Source: Tubulanus polymorphus
Taxonomy: Eukaryota > Animalia > Nemertea
Reading direction: 5' to 3'
DNA length: 64,000 bases
NCBI RefSeq assembly: GCF_964204645.1
Contig: NC_134027.1
Location: 14,664,485-14,728,484, forward strand
A program made the position numbers and the translations under genes. The notes below the pieces were generated by a model. It was not told the DNA's origin. It made no database searches and saw nothing but the letters and a program-made list of their open reading frames with translations. Shown in pieces: positions 27,692-40,215 of this stretch (position 1 is the first letter of the stretch; every line of letters begins with the position of its first letter).

Positions 27692-30600
27692 CTACGCAGC
27701 CTCACTAGCCTCAAGTAAATATAGTCTCTGTAAGGGACGTCGGATGAAACCCCTTGCCGTCTTCAGGGTAACACTTCTAACAAGACCATCACGACCCATG
27801 TGGGTTTCATGAATTCTTCCCATCTGCCAATTCGGTCGTTTGACACCATCTTCAGATACGAGAACTACGTCACCGATTCTTACATTTTCTTTCTTCTCAA
27901 ACCACTTCTTAAGAGGTAATAATTCCACGAGATATTCTCTCGTCCACCTTTTCCAATACTGTTTAGCCAATCGCTGTTGGTAACACCAACGCTTGCCAAA
28001 ATTGGCCTTTGACGTATCAGAATCGACATCTGGAAGAAACTGTGGTTTTCTTCCAATCATACAATCGCCAGGAGACAATGGTTCAGGGTCATTCTTATCA
28101 TTAGAGACTACTGTAAGTGGTCTCGAGTTGATCTGAGACTCGACGTCAGTGAGAATTGTCGAAAGTTCCGTAAAAGTTAGTTTGGCTTTTCCAAGTACAA
28201 CTTTCAGAGCAGTCTTCACACTTCTCACCAGTCTTTCGTAAAAACCACCCTTCCAAGGTCCTCTCTCGGTAATGAATTTCCATTCAATTCCATCAGCTTT
28301 CACTTTGTTGACTACAGTGTCTCTCCATTTCTTCTGGTCATACAGTCTAATCATCACCTTGGCTGATTTCTTAAAAGTCTTTGCGTTATCTGAATACATA
28401 ATTGCTGGTTTCCCTCTTCTATTCATCATTCGTCGAAAAGACATCAGGAAATCTTCAGCATTCATACTGTAAGTTAACTCTAAATGAATTCCTCTGGTAA
28501 TCATACATGTAAACAGTGCAATGTATGACTTAATTTCAGACCCATTTTCTTTAATAAGTAGAGGTCCAGCGAAATCTACGCCAACGCTGCTGAAAGCTGG
28601 TGCCATAACAACCCTTTCAGGAGGTAGCTCGCCCATCTTCTGAGTTAACTGCTTTGGTTCTTTACACTTGCAATGAAACTGAATTCTCTTTACTTCATTT
28701 CTGCCATGTACAAGCCAGTATTTGTCTCGCAAACTAGCTAGCGTTTGCTCGTTACCAGGATGTCCGTTGATGCGATGATAATACTTCACCAACAGATCAG
28801 ATACCAAACATTTTGGTGGTAGGATCATGGGATTCTTCTTGAATCTCGATACTTTAGCGTGATACAGGCGACCGCCGACACGTAAGACCATGCTTTTAGC
28901 ATCCCAAATGGGGTCAAGTTGTTTCAACTTACTGTCTTTGGGTAATGGTCTTCCTGCCTTCAAACAGTTAATTTCAGTACGATACGATTGATACTGTGCC
29001 CACTGCACCCAATACAACTCTTCTTCTCTTTGCTCCACAAGAACTAGAGGATGCATGCTCCCCTCATTCCGGGAAACCCCTTTAAAACATTTTCTGAGTA
29101 ATGTTGACACAGCTATAAGCTTACCCCATGAGCTGTATCGGCTTAACAGATTCAGATGAAAACTACTGGTGGTGTCTTCTTCACCTTGAAATAGGTTGAC
29201 TTCTACTTGAAATTTTTTCTTCAAGTATTTCTTTGCTTCAACAGTCTTATCGCCACCTTTTACAGGCCATTGACTCTCGTCACTTCTCAGGAATTCAGGC
29301 CCCTGCCACCATAAATTTGACTCAACCAGTTGATCTCCATGGCAACCTCGGGAACAGAGGTCAGCCGGGTTAAGTTTTCCTGGCAGATGTCCCTAATGAC
29401 ATGTCGGAACGAGCTTTTGAATTTCATCAACTCTGTTGGCGACAAAGACTTGCCATACATGTGCTGGCTTCGATAACCAATCTAGTGCAATACGGGAATC
29501 AGTCCAACAATGTACTGAGGAAACTGACAAGTTGATTACTTTCTCTGCGTATCTTATGAGCCTAGCAACAAGAAGGCTAGCCATCAATTCTAATTCTGCA
29601 AGAGTCCCTCTGTGTTTTAACGGCGCCACACGAGTTTTCGAGGCTAACAATACGCAACGAACTCCAGTACCATCTTCAATCCGCAAGTACACTACAGCAC
29701 CGTATGCTGCCTCACTAGCATCTCCAAATCCACGTAAGCCGTACTTGGGATCCTGAATTTCATCTGTCAAATAGCACCTCGGGATGTTTAGCTGGTCAAT
29801 TGCTGAAACTCCATTTTTCCATTTCTCCCATTCTGCGACAAGCTCTTCTGATAGTTCATCATCCCATGAGTCGACTTCACTCCAAGCTCTTTGAAATACC
29901 AACTTGGCTTTCAAAATGAGCGGTGACAACAGGCCCATCGGGTCGAACAAGCGCTGCAATTCACTAAGAACAATTCTTCTAGTGATTACTTCAGTTTCTC
30001 GAGGATGATACTTAAATCGAAATACGTCTTCCTTGGGTATATACATTATTCCCAATGTCTTTGTAACGACTTCTCCATCCGATAGATCCATATGGTACTC
30101 GGCCAGGTCTTCGCAGTCGAGACCACTCAAACTTTCCGGGTGACTTGACAAAAACTTTCTTAGAGGAAATCCGCCCTTTTCTAAAACGAACTTCATGTCA
30201 TTCGCTAACCTTGAAACACCATTCGAGTTTGTTTCTCCAGAAAGAACATCATCAACAAAAAGGTTTTCTTCGAGCTGTTGACAGGCAGCAGGGTAATCAT
30301 CTTTATTTGATTTCACGTGTTCGAGTATGGTTTTAATACATGTATATGGAGAACACTTCAATCCGAATACCACTCTGTTCATTCTGTAGATCTTTACCTT
30401 TTGGTCGTCTGACTCTCGCCATAAGAATCTTTGGGAATCTCTATCCACTTCATTCATCGATATCATGTGAAACATTTTTTCAACATCCGCAACCAAAGAA
30501 ACCTTGTGCCGTCGAAACCGAAGTAATACAGCAAGTGTATCAGGTTGTAAGGAAGGGCCGCACAACAAGGTGTCATTTAATGACCTTCCATCAGGACCCT

Positions 30601-33085
30601 TTGCTGCGCCATCAAAAACGATACGAATCTTTTTGTGGTGCTGTCCTTGAAGACCGGATGATGGGGCAAATACCACACCATTCGATCATCAGGTTCTGAA
30701 TCTTCAACAACCTCTTCAGCTCGGCCTGAATCAATCAGTTCCCTTATCTGTGCCTTGTATTGAAAAGAAAGTGTTTCATCTCTCTTGAACCTTCTTTCGA
30801 GAGATTCTAAACGGTGAAATGCCTTATTATAGTTAGACTTTAGTTTCACGTTGATAAAATCAGGATGCTTCAGGAGACCAGTTTCGTATCTACCTTCATG
30901 AAAGTTAGTCTTTTCGAAATATTGTTTTTCTGCTTCTTCGTCTAAAGGACTCTTTCTCGACACTTCCTTTTCAGGCAGAATACCAAGGGAATCCAATTCC
31001 CAGAATTTCAATACTGTTCTGGAGAGATCTTCATCATCATCTTTCACTGAGTTACACATCATAACAGAATTACTACCATTCTTGGATGAAGCCTTATGTT
31101 GACTGACATAAGAACCAAACAACACCCATCCAATATGAGAACTCAGAGCTACAGGAGTGCCTTGTCCACCTCGTCTATATTCATCTAATAATATATCAAT
31201 GCAAGCTTCGACACCTAGCATAACATCGACTTCACACTCTTCAGTACGAGGATACTTCTCAGCCAACTTCAGTTTATTTAGATGTCACAGCTTGTCAACT
31301 TCTATAAAGGCGGGACTTAAATCGGCACTCGGTTTCTCCAAAACGTATGCTTCAATTTCAAATTCTTCACCACGCCAATCTCGAAGTTTCATTTTCGGAC
31401 TTTTTATTATCATTGTGGGATTCTCTCCTCACCTTTTCAGTATTAACGTTCATGGCACCTCCACCTGCTAGTGTGAATTCTCCCTTCGCCTTTACACCAC
31501 GAAGTCCCAATTTTCTAGACATTGATTTGCTGATGAAATTCACACTGCTACCAGTATCAAACAGTACACGACCTTCAGCGATGGCTGACCGTGACTCCAA
31601 AGTCACAATTCCTGTTTGCATCAATACTTGTTTAGGCTGCTTCAAAGCTTTTACCAAGCTACTTCCAGCTTGGACGTTTTCTGTCTCAGTCTTCGGCTGT
31701 TCGATAGGAGCTCCATTCTCGCCACAAGTTGGCTTAATTGGTTTTCTCACTTTGGTAGCGTGTAGTAAGTCATGGTGTGAACCATGACACATTGAACATC
31801 CAGGGCTCCGACAGCTACTACAGAAATGTTTCCCCAATAAACACTTGAAACAATATCTAGAAAGCTGGACTTTCTTTAAGCGATCCGGAATTGGCATCTT
31901 GTGTACCTTTGTACAATTAGGTGCCTTGTGGCTTGCGTCACCACAGAACACACACTTGAATACAGACATCTCCTTAGCTCCAAGTCGCAGGGCCTGCCCA
32001 GAAGGCCTAAAGCGCTTTGGTTTGGCTCCACCCGATTGAACAGGAACTGCATCGGGTTTTCCAGAATCAGACCTTCGAGCGACCTGCTAAGCTTCTTTGA
32101 GCTTTTCCAAAAGATCCTCGAACTTCATTGGCATCTTATGACCATGCTGCCTCTTCAGTGTTTCAGCATCCCAACGTCTTATAAGAGACTTAGGAATCTT
32201 TGGTCTCACTAAGGATGTCAAAATCCAGCTACTGTTCTGAAGACTAGTTGGATCCTCAGTTTTTCGGATAAGATAGTTCCACGATGACAGCAGCGATGTA
32301 TAGAGCTGATCTAGTTCTTTTACCGACGGGTTGTGTGCAGCTGGGACACAAGCTATGTCTTGGATTACCTTTTGAATCCTGGCTGTGACATCACCATATT
32401 TAGATTCTAGTGCTGCTACCACGTCATCAAATGTAGGACTCTTCAAAGCAAGCGCCAACTTTCTGGGTTCTCCATCCAGAAGAGAAAGAATACAGTGTGT
32501 TTTCTCGACTGGAGTATAACCGGGCTTCGTCACTTCTTCACTAACTAACTCGAGCCAAGTTTCAAACATGGAAATATCTCCCTTGAATTGCGGAATAGTC
32601 ACTTCTCGCTTCTTTATTGCAATTGTTGTAAGAAGTCTGGTGAGTTGTTCTTCTGTAATTCCACCTCCAGCAGCACTACCTGGATTGCTGACATTATCTG
32701 AAACTAAGTCTCTAGGCGGTTGTTGTAATTTAATCTCCAGACACTCAACTCGTGATTTGTGTGTAATATACTCATCAATGTACTTAGCTTCGTTCTCCTC
32801 TTCTTGATCTCTCTGATCAGAGCTCATTCCTTCAAGTCGATTGTCATTCTCATTATGATAGTCTATCGACTCTTGAACTTCCGATAGGGCTTCATGTAGC
32901 CTTTCTAGATCAATCAGACTATTTGCAGCTGTTCTTAATGCAAACCTCATACCGTCATAGTCAGACACTTCATCACTCAAAACTTCTTCAGCCTTTTCAA
33001 CATGTCGACAGACCTGCTTGGAAGCTTTAGTGAATTTTGTACGCTGTTTGCGTCTTTGTTCTAACAAATCAAAAAGAGCCGCCAT
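27692..33085 (-). pseudogene. BEL/Pao gag-pol, mirror copy with one extra stop
   Basis: Same motifs and lesions as 143-5536, plus TCA>TGA at 31286. The AT-rich putative leader continues to ~34118. Confidence 0.95.
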
Positions 33086-34118
33086 TTTGAAATTTAATTG
33101 AAAAACTATTATACAGTGTACTACTACTGGTATGAACCTCTAAATCGAGTAATAATTCCAAACCAATGGAGAATAGAGTATTTGAGACCTAAGTGAATTT
33201 ACTCAAATTTACCTACTTCTTAACTTCAATCAATATTAAATGTACTTAAATTCACAAACCCAAATGTAGCTAATTAATATCATTAAATATGCAAATGAAT
33301 ACAACCACTTCAATTATCATTTCAGTCTTTGATGAAAATGTAAGATGAACTGTTAAATTCAACCAAAAGAAATATGAATACAAGTACAATTAACACAGAC
33401 AATAATTCTCCACAGAATCAATACCACTTAATTTCAGTAGTTATACAATATGCACACTGTACTTAATATACTTACTCACACCTTAATCGATTTATGACAA
33501 GTTTGTGCTTAAGTTTAAGTTTAAATGAAAGCTGAACACTGAAAGTAATTGACCCTTTCAACCATTTAACTTAAATTTCTAAAACAGCACTTCACTCACA
33601 CTTGAATTATGCACTAAGAGAATAATAAACAGAGAATATGAAGCTCGTAAATAACAAATTATAGTGCTTATCACGATATTCGTTATAGACTGTTAAATCA
33701 GATCTTCAAACAATATTATCTACATAAATATTGTTCATTTGCTAACTTACAACATATCCTTTGCCAATCAAATGATAATGATACAGATTCTTAACTTTAC
33801 ACAGTTGGCTTATCCAACAAGATTACTTGACTACTTAATAGTACACAATAAACCTATAAACTTGACTAAAAATAGATGGTTACATGCACACTTAAAACTT
33901 TCTCAAAGTTCACAACTGTTTCGTTAAAAACCTTTTAACTTGTACTCAATTATATCGAGTATTTAGTTGATAACTAGTTCAAATTTACTTAGTTATCGAG
34001 TAACCTAAATTATACTCACTTATTGAGCGTTACTTAAATTATACTCACTTATCGAGCAACACTTAAATTATACTCACTTAAGTTTAGTAATCAATTCTAA
34101 AAAATACTTTGATTGTAC

Positions 34119-35333
34119 TGATACACCGGTCACAATTCTCTCTTTATCGTTATCTATAAAATACTTGAGTAAGGCCCTGGCGAGAGAACGTGTCCGTGCA
34201 CAAATCCGAATGAATAAATTGAAATACCGGATGATAATATTGAAGATAATATATTTTATTTACCTTGAACAAAGAATGATTTTCCTAATCCCTATTATAT
34301 GGATCCCTATCGTTCCGAAGCTTCTCCTGTCCTGCTGTCGACACTCGTCTTACTAAGGTACAGATTCTCCCGATTGACTGCTCTCTCAAGATGCGGATCC
34401 CTTTTATAGAAAGAATCGGCATTCTTAAAATACCGACTCTCCCACTCGACTTTTGGCAAGGAGCAGCAACCTTACTGTCATGACTGTTTTGGTCATATAG
34501 AATTTGGCCTTAATGATTCGCTGATCTAAAATTATTTGAGAAACTGATTTGCTAAACTAACTTTTTCCTTCCAACCCTCCTGTCATGAGGCGGAATGATT
34601 TACTCACTCCTTGCTTATCATCGTTGAGAAAACAGCTACTCTCAGCGAGTTACCAACAGACGTATACAACAAGAGAAACTTTAGAGAGCTAGTATTATCA
34701 TCTAACACAAATTCATTTTCTTAAAACTTTAGCGATTATAGAGACTTTGTTCTCATTTAACATCTAGGATATTCAAATTAAATATATTTTTGAAACTATA
34801 GTATTTGTCTCAGATTACGGTACCACTGATTATTTCTTTTTGAATTATTATAAATACTTTTGATTCGGAACTTCATTATGATCCCCTATCTCCCTTAAGA
34901 TCATTCTATAACTGTTATACTAAATAAATTTGATTACAATGCGGGATAAAGCAAAACAACAATATCTCCCCATACTTCCGTTTTTCTTTTTATAGAAAGT
35001 AGTCGGGAGTATCATGAAGTAACAGTGTGATTCTTTCACCAGCCGCATAATAAATGCAACCCATTGTTCCGACCAAATACGGTTCCGTCTATTCTTAAGT
35101 TTATAAAAAGATTTCTGAATGTTTGCCAGATAACGCAGCAGAAGAACCGAGAAAGAATTATTTTTACCACAGGCTGATTTATGGTCAGCGCTGATAGATC
35201 AAAGCATCAAACAACAACCTGCTTACTACATCTTACTACGTTTGTTGACTGAAACCATTAATAACCACCAACGCATTCAGGAAATCAACATTGCAAACAT
35301 TTTTTAGCTACTACGAAATCTTGCTGCGGATCA
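34119..35333 (-). mobile_element. Gypsy-type 3' LTR (1215 bp) with PPT
   Basis: TGATCC...TATCA termini on the minus strand; homologous to 44535-45808; preceded by aaatttcgggtcgaaattt...ggatggggagtga (PPT 35334-35346). Flanks do not form a TSD. Confidence 0.85.
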
Positions 35334-35433
35334 TCACTCCCCATCCAGCTTAAATTTCGACCCGAAATTTTGAATTTAGACTAAAAAACATATGCTCGGC
35401 CCAACAGTTATATTCATTTATATATCAAAAAAA

Positions 35434-36191
35434 TTACTCTTTACATCTTATAACTAATTCATAAATTTCAGGAAAGTTATTCAAATCAATTAAGTATCCA
35501 TTGTGATTTCTTACTTCTAATTTGAAATTATTGAAATGTGGAATACAAGGTTTAAAATCACACTCAGCTTAATTATAATTTATTTGAGTTCCAAATTGTT
35601 TAACATTTTTCATGGTAAAATAGTTAATAAACCAGAATTACAAATTGTATCTTTAGTTGCTTCAAATGTTTTTGTAGGATCAATTAAATTGCAATAAATA
35701 TAAAAGTGTGTAAAAGGTATTATATTTGAATTAGCGTCTACGTTTCCTGTAACAGTTTGTGGTTTAATTCCTAACAGTTTAGCTAAAGGTTTTCTTACCA
35801 TAAATGCATGTTTGCTTTCATCATCTAACTTTATCTTAATTTTATCAGAACTATCACTTTTTAAAAATCTAATTGAAAATTTATCTTCACTTCTAAGTTT
35901 TAATCGTGCTCTTCTGTTTATTTCTTGTGCTAATGTTTCTAAGTTATATAATCCTGGTTTTAAAAATAGATGAAACCATTTATTTATATTTCTAATATGA
36001 ATTAAAAAGGCTCTACGTTCAAGAGTTTTATCCGATATATTGTTAAAAGAATTACATAAACTTATATTAACTAATTTTAAATCAACACAATTCTTAAATT
36101 CTCTATCTAATTGTTGTAATACATTATGTGATTTATAATTTGTAAGTCTTCTAGAATCAACAAATATTCTGTATTCTTTTAATTCTACCAT
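35434..36191 (-). pseudogene. Polinton/adintovirus-like minor capsid (penton) protein, frameshifted near 35610
   Basis: N-terminal IFVDSR...FKNCVDLKL...NSFNNI, central HFYIYCNLID...LLTILP, and in the shifted frame FNNFKLEVRNHNGYLIDLNNFP...YELVIRCKE*. These resemble single-jelly-roll penton motifs (recognised by eye, not by HMM). Confidence 0.65.
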
Positions 36192-36205
36192 TTATTTTAC
36201 ATATT

Positions 36206-36547
36206 TTATTCGAAATCTATTTCATGGTGCCCTTTTTCATTCTTACCTTTGTATATGAAATAGAAATCACCAGAACATAATTCTTCTAGATCTTCACTTG
36301 ATAATCTATGAAATCTATCTGGTAAATATGTTCTGAATTTATATGTATTTCCTTTTAATCCTTCATATTCTAAGTGGATAACTAATTTATCTCCATATTT
36401 GTTAGTAACTGTAACAATATTTGTAATTAGATATTTCTTATGGATTGTTAATTCTTTTAACTTCTTAAACTTATAATCTACAGATTTGATGTTTGAAGTA
36501 TCTTTTATTCTATTTAAGAATTCACTGTGTACTTGTTTACTCTCCAT
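36206..36547 (-). CDS. Small basic Polinton/virus-associated protein (possible OB-like fold)
   Basis: Intact 113-aa ATG ORF, KKLKEL..KKYLIT...TNKYGDKLVIHL...TYLPDRF; AT-rich codon use; 14 bp from the penton-like ORF in the same orientation. Confidence 0.55.
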   Translation of the reverse strand: MESKQVHSEFLNRIKDTSNIKSVDYKFKKLKELTIHKKYLITNIVTVTNKYGDKLVIHLEYEGLKGNTYKFRTYLPDRFHRLSSEDLEELCSGDFYFIYKGKNEKGHHEIDFE

Positions 36548-36825
36548 TTTAATACTAAATTTTTTTTTAAAATTGATTTTAGAAGTTATTCATTTATATG
36601 TTATTCATATATATTATATGAATTATTTCAATCACACTTTACTGACACTTTTAATGTTTAAAAATCTATCTCATACAAATATAAATATTGAAATATGTTT
36701 AAAATATATCTATCTACCTATCTATCTATGATAGCTCGCCCTCCGCCCGCTGATCTGAAAGCCTACTTTTCCTATTACTTATATGAAATTCATGTAAATT
36801 ATGTTTATATATATGAATATTTTAA

Positions 36826-36950
36826 GAGTAATAGGGAATATTTTGTTTCATATCAAAGGTTGAAGGGGCTCATAAAAAATGAGAATTATTTTTTTTTTAT
36901 GAGCTCGACCTTTCGACCTTTGGTATGAAACAACTTATTCCCTATTACTC
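36826..36950. repeat. 125-bp imperfect hairpin
   Basis: gagtaatagggaata...tgtttcata..aaagg..ctcataaaaaa / ttttttatgag..cctttg.tatgaaaca..tattccctattactc. Confidence 0.85.
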
Positions 36951-37149
36951 ATACGTACACGTTTACACATATATACTCTGAGGATACAAAAGAGGATCAC
37001 GCTACCACGATGATTAAACCTGGTACGAGCGAGTGCACACTTTTTGCACATTTTTGCACCCTCTGGCCCATCAACGTAAGAAACATTTTGTGGATCAAAC
37101 GCAAGATGGCCGTCCTGTGATCTTTAATGTGCCCAAAAAGGTCATTTTT

Positions 37150-38600
37150 GCCTGGAATTACGAAAGCTGTAGCTTCCTACTGGTTTGCCATTTTTCATTG
37201 TAATTTGTGATGGGTATTCTTTGAAAAGGAATCGTCATTACCTGAGGCAGATATTTTGAGTTAAATCAGCCAATTATCACGCAATTGGCCGCCATCTTGA
37301 TGTCATCAGTACTTGTTCGTAGGTGGGAAAAAGTTTTTCCACATTATATTGATACCTTAGCATTTTTTGCAAGAATCAATTGGCAAGTTGTAGCTCATTA
37401 TATGTTCTATGATTGTGGTGAGTTTCAAGGTCATGGCTTTTTGTATCTGGCCACCAGGGGGCGGTGAATAATACAATAACTTAGTATTTCTATATTATAT
37501 ATATACCTATGCATATATTGTTACCACAATCAATTGCAAAGTTGTAGCTCATGACATGTTTCCAATTAGTTAGGTGTCCCTGGAGTCTTAGTTAAATTTT
37601 ATTCAATTTTTTTTTCTCAGAAATACAAGCGATCGTAGTAATGTTGCTGATCGTGTCGAGTTTTGTAATCGTCGAAATGTTACATCAAATAATAGCCAAA
37701 GTGTAGTAACCAATGTTGAGGGATTGACTGAGGTAAAGAGTAAAGAGTTTTGCATTAGTTATAGTTTTGAATATTTCATATATCTTGGCATTAATGTGAT
37801 ATATTCGAATACTTAAATTTAAGCAACCTAAGATACAATTGGTGCCGATCAAAGATCTGAGGAACAAGGAAGATATTTTCAGTACTTGTGGTCGTAAAGA
37901 AAACGGGTAGGCCCATACGTCATTTTCGGATGATTAGCTTATTAGCCCACTAGGGACTTAAGTCCCCGCAGGCTATTGTGTTCAATTTTTGTCTGTTTCC
38001 GGCCGTCCTTCGTAGACGGAATCGAGTTATTTTGGGAAGTTTTGAAGACGCTTCAAGGTAATGTCTTGATATTTGGGTTACACATGTATCTACCCTAGAC
38101 ACATCTTTAGCCCAAAAACTGGCCCGGTCAGATTCAAGATGGCCAACTGGCAGCCATTGTTCGCCAAAATCACATTTTTGAAGTTTTTGAAGGAAGTTTG
38201 AAGATGCTTCTATTAATTATCTTGATCGTTTGTATATGTATGGTTTGCTAGCCTAATTTTCATTGCAATTTATCATGAGTGTTCTTTGGAAAGGATTCTT
38301 TTATACCTGATACAGGTATTTTTGATCAGCCAATTATGATGCAATTGGTGGCCATCTTGGGGTCACCAGTACTCAGGTATAGGTGGAAAAAGTTTTTCCA
38401 CATCATATTAATACCGAACCATATTTTGTTATCACAATTGGAAAGTTGTAGCTCATAATGTGTTCTATAATTGTGGTGAGTTTCAAGGTCATTTGATTTT
38501 TTTTCATGGTCATTGGATAGGGAGTTCATTATTGAAATTATTAGATTATTGAGCATTTAGAAACACTTCCCAAGTGTGCATGGTGTCGCTTGATACCTAG
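37150..38600 (+). repeat. Two diverged copies of an interspersed repeat (~37150-37440 and ~38240-38495), family unassigned
   Basis: Shared blocks atcagccaattat..gcaattgg..gccatcttg..aggtgg.aaaagtttttccaca..gttgtagctcat..ttgtggtgagtttcaaggtcat. Confidence 0.6.
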
Positions 38601-39609
38601 TTATCTTATCACTCTATCTTGATATTTGATATATACATGGATAATATTCCCCGATCCTCCCCAACGCAGGGAATCGAACCCACGGTCACAAGAAAAGTTA
38701 GGATGAGTGATCATTAGAAGACCATTTAATGGACTTGCATTTGTGGCCAAGGGAACAGAAATAATATGACCAAAGTTGTAGGACATGAAATGTTCTCTGA
38801 TTGTGGTAAGTTACAAGGTCATTGGTTTCTGTCTTTATAATTCTGTGTGTGTTGAATATTGAAGGCTACATCGTCAAGCATTTTCGTTTCCCTTCGCCCC
38901 TAGTTGAATCTTATTCCTCTTATCTCCTTGAACGAAATTGTGTCTGTGTTTCAATAGTAATGTTAGGAGTCATTCTTTTTTCCTAGTGATTGTCTTGTCA
39001 TGCAGTGCGATGATTGTCCATGGGCAGTGCATCCACCATGCATTGGCATAAACATTGTGGATTGTATCAGGATAAGGAGATACAAATGTCCGATGTGCAC
39101 ACTTGTAAATGTACGCCAGCATTATGACGATGTAAGCCTTAATTGAAACTGAAATGTTTGATTTTATTATTTTCCGTTAGTTCACATAATGAGAAATACA
39201 TAAGTTTTTGTTAGATATAATTACGATAATTACGATGTAATTACTTTCAGAATAAAGAAATGACCATCAATGTATTTGTTGCTTAAAAGAAAAAAAAATT
39301 AACTAACTCAGATTAATTTAGCTGAATGCATTATTTTCAAACATACATTAACGGTAATTATAGGGATTGTTATAGGGATTAATTATAGGGATTGTCTGTA
39401 TTGCGAAAGCTGTTCGAAGTTTTTGAAAATAAATTGTTCATTGGCTGAAGACCAAACTGATCAGAGGAGAAAGGTAACATACAAATATTTACTAAAAGTA
39501 TGCTACAAATGTTTTCTGTGATATCTGAAACATTATCTCATATTTGTATTTTAATTAAATGATCCCTACGTGAACTTAAGTGATGTCTTATCTCCTTTAG
39601 TAATCCCTC

Positions 39610-40215
39610 TCAGTCTAACCCCCACTCTCATCTCCTTTACTAACCCCCACTCTCAACTCCTAAACAAACCACCACTCCCATCTCCTATAATAACCACCGC
39701 TCTCATCCCCTCATCCCCTACACTTACCACCACTCTCATCCCTTACACTAACCACCACTCTCATCTATACTAACCACCACTCTCATCTACAATAAACACC
39801 ACTCATCTATACTAACCACCACTCTCATCTACACTAACCACCACTCATCTCCTATACTAACCACCACTCATCTATACTAACCACCACTCTCTTCTAAAAT
39901 AACCACCACTCATCTCCTATACTTACCACCACTCATCTCCTATACAAACCACTCATCTCCTATACTAACCACCACTCTCTTCTCCTAAAATAACCACCAC
40001 TCATCTCCACACTAACCCCCACTCATCTATACTAACCAGCACTCTCGTCTCCTACACTAACCACCACTCTCCTATACTAAACACCACTCATCTATACTAA
40101 CCAGCACTCTCATCTCCTACACTAACCACCACTCTCCTATACTAAACCCCACTCATCTATACTAACCACCACTCGTCTCCTATACTAAACACCACTCATC
40201 TATACTAACCACCAT
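39610..40215. repeat. C-rich minisatellite (actaaccaccactc(tc)atctcctat variants, ~22-27 bp)
   Basis: About 20 or more degenerate units visible directly. Confidence 0.9.

Larger units (their letters stand above)
17449..33227 (-). repeat. Right arm of giant inverted duplication
   Basis: Reverse complement of 1-15779 with constant register (no indels seen). Substitutions seen at 1942/31286, 3352/29876, 5114/28114, 9662/23566 and 14588/18640. Confidence 0.98.

Noticed and set aside
1-33227. Palindrome arms as TIRs of one giant transposon or Polinton
   Set aside because: The arms are a patchwork of unrelated decayed elements, and the 1.7-kb spacer encodes nothing.
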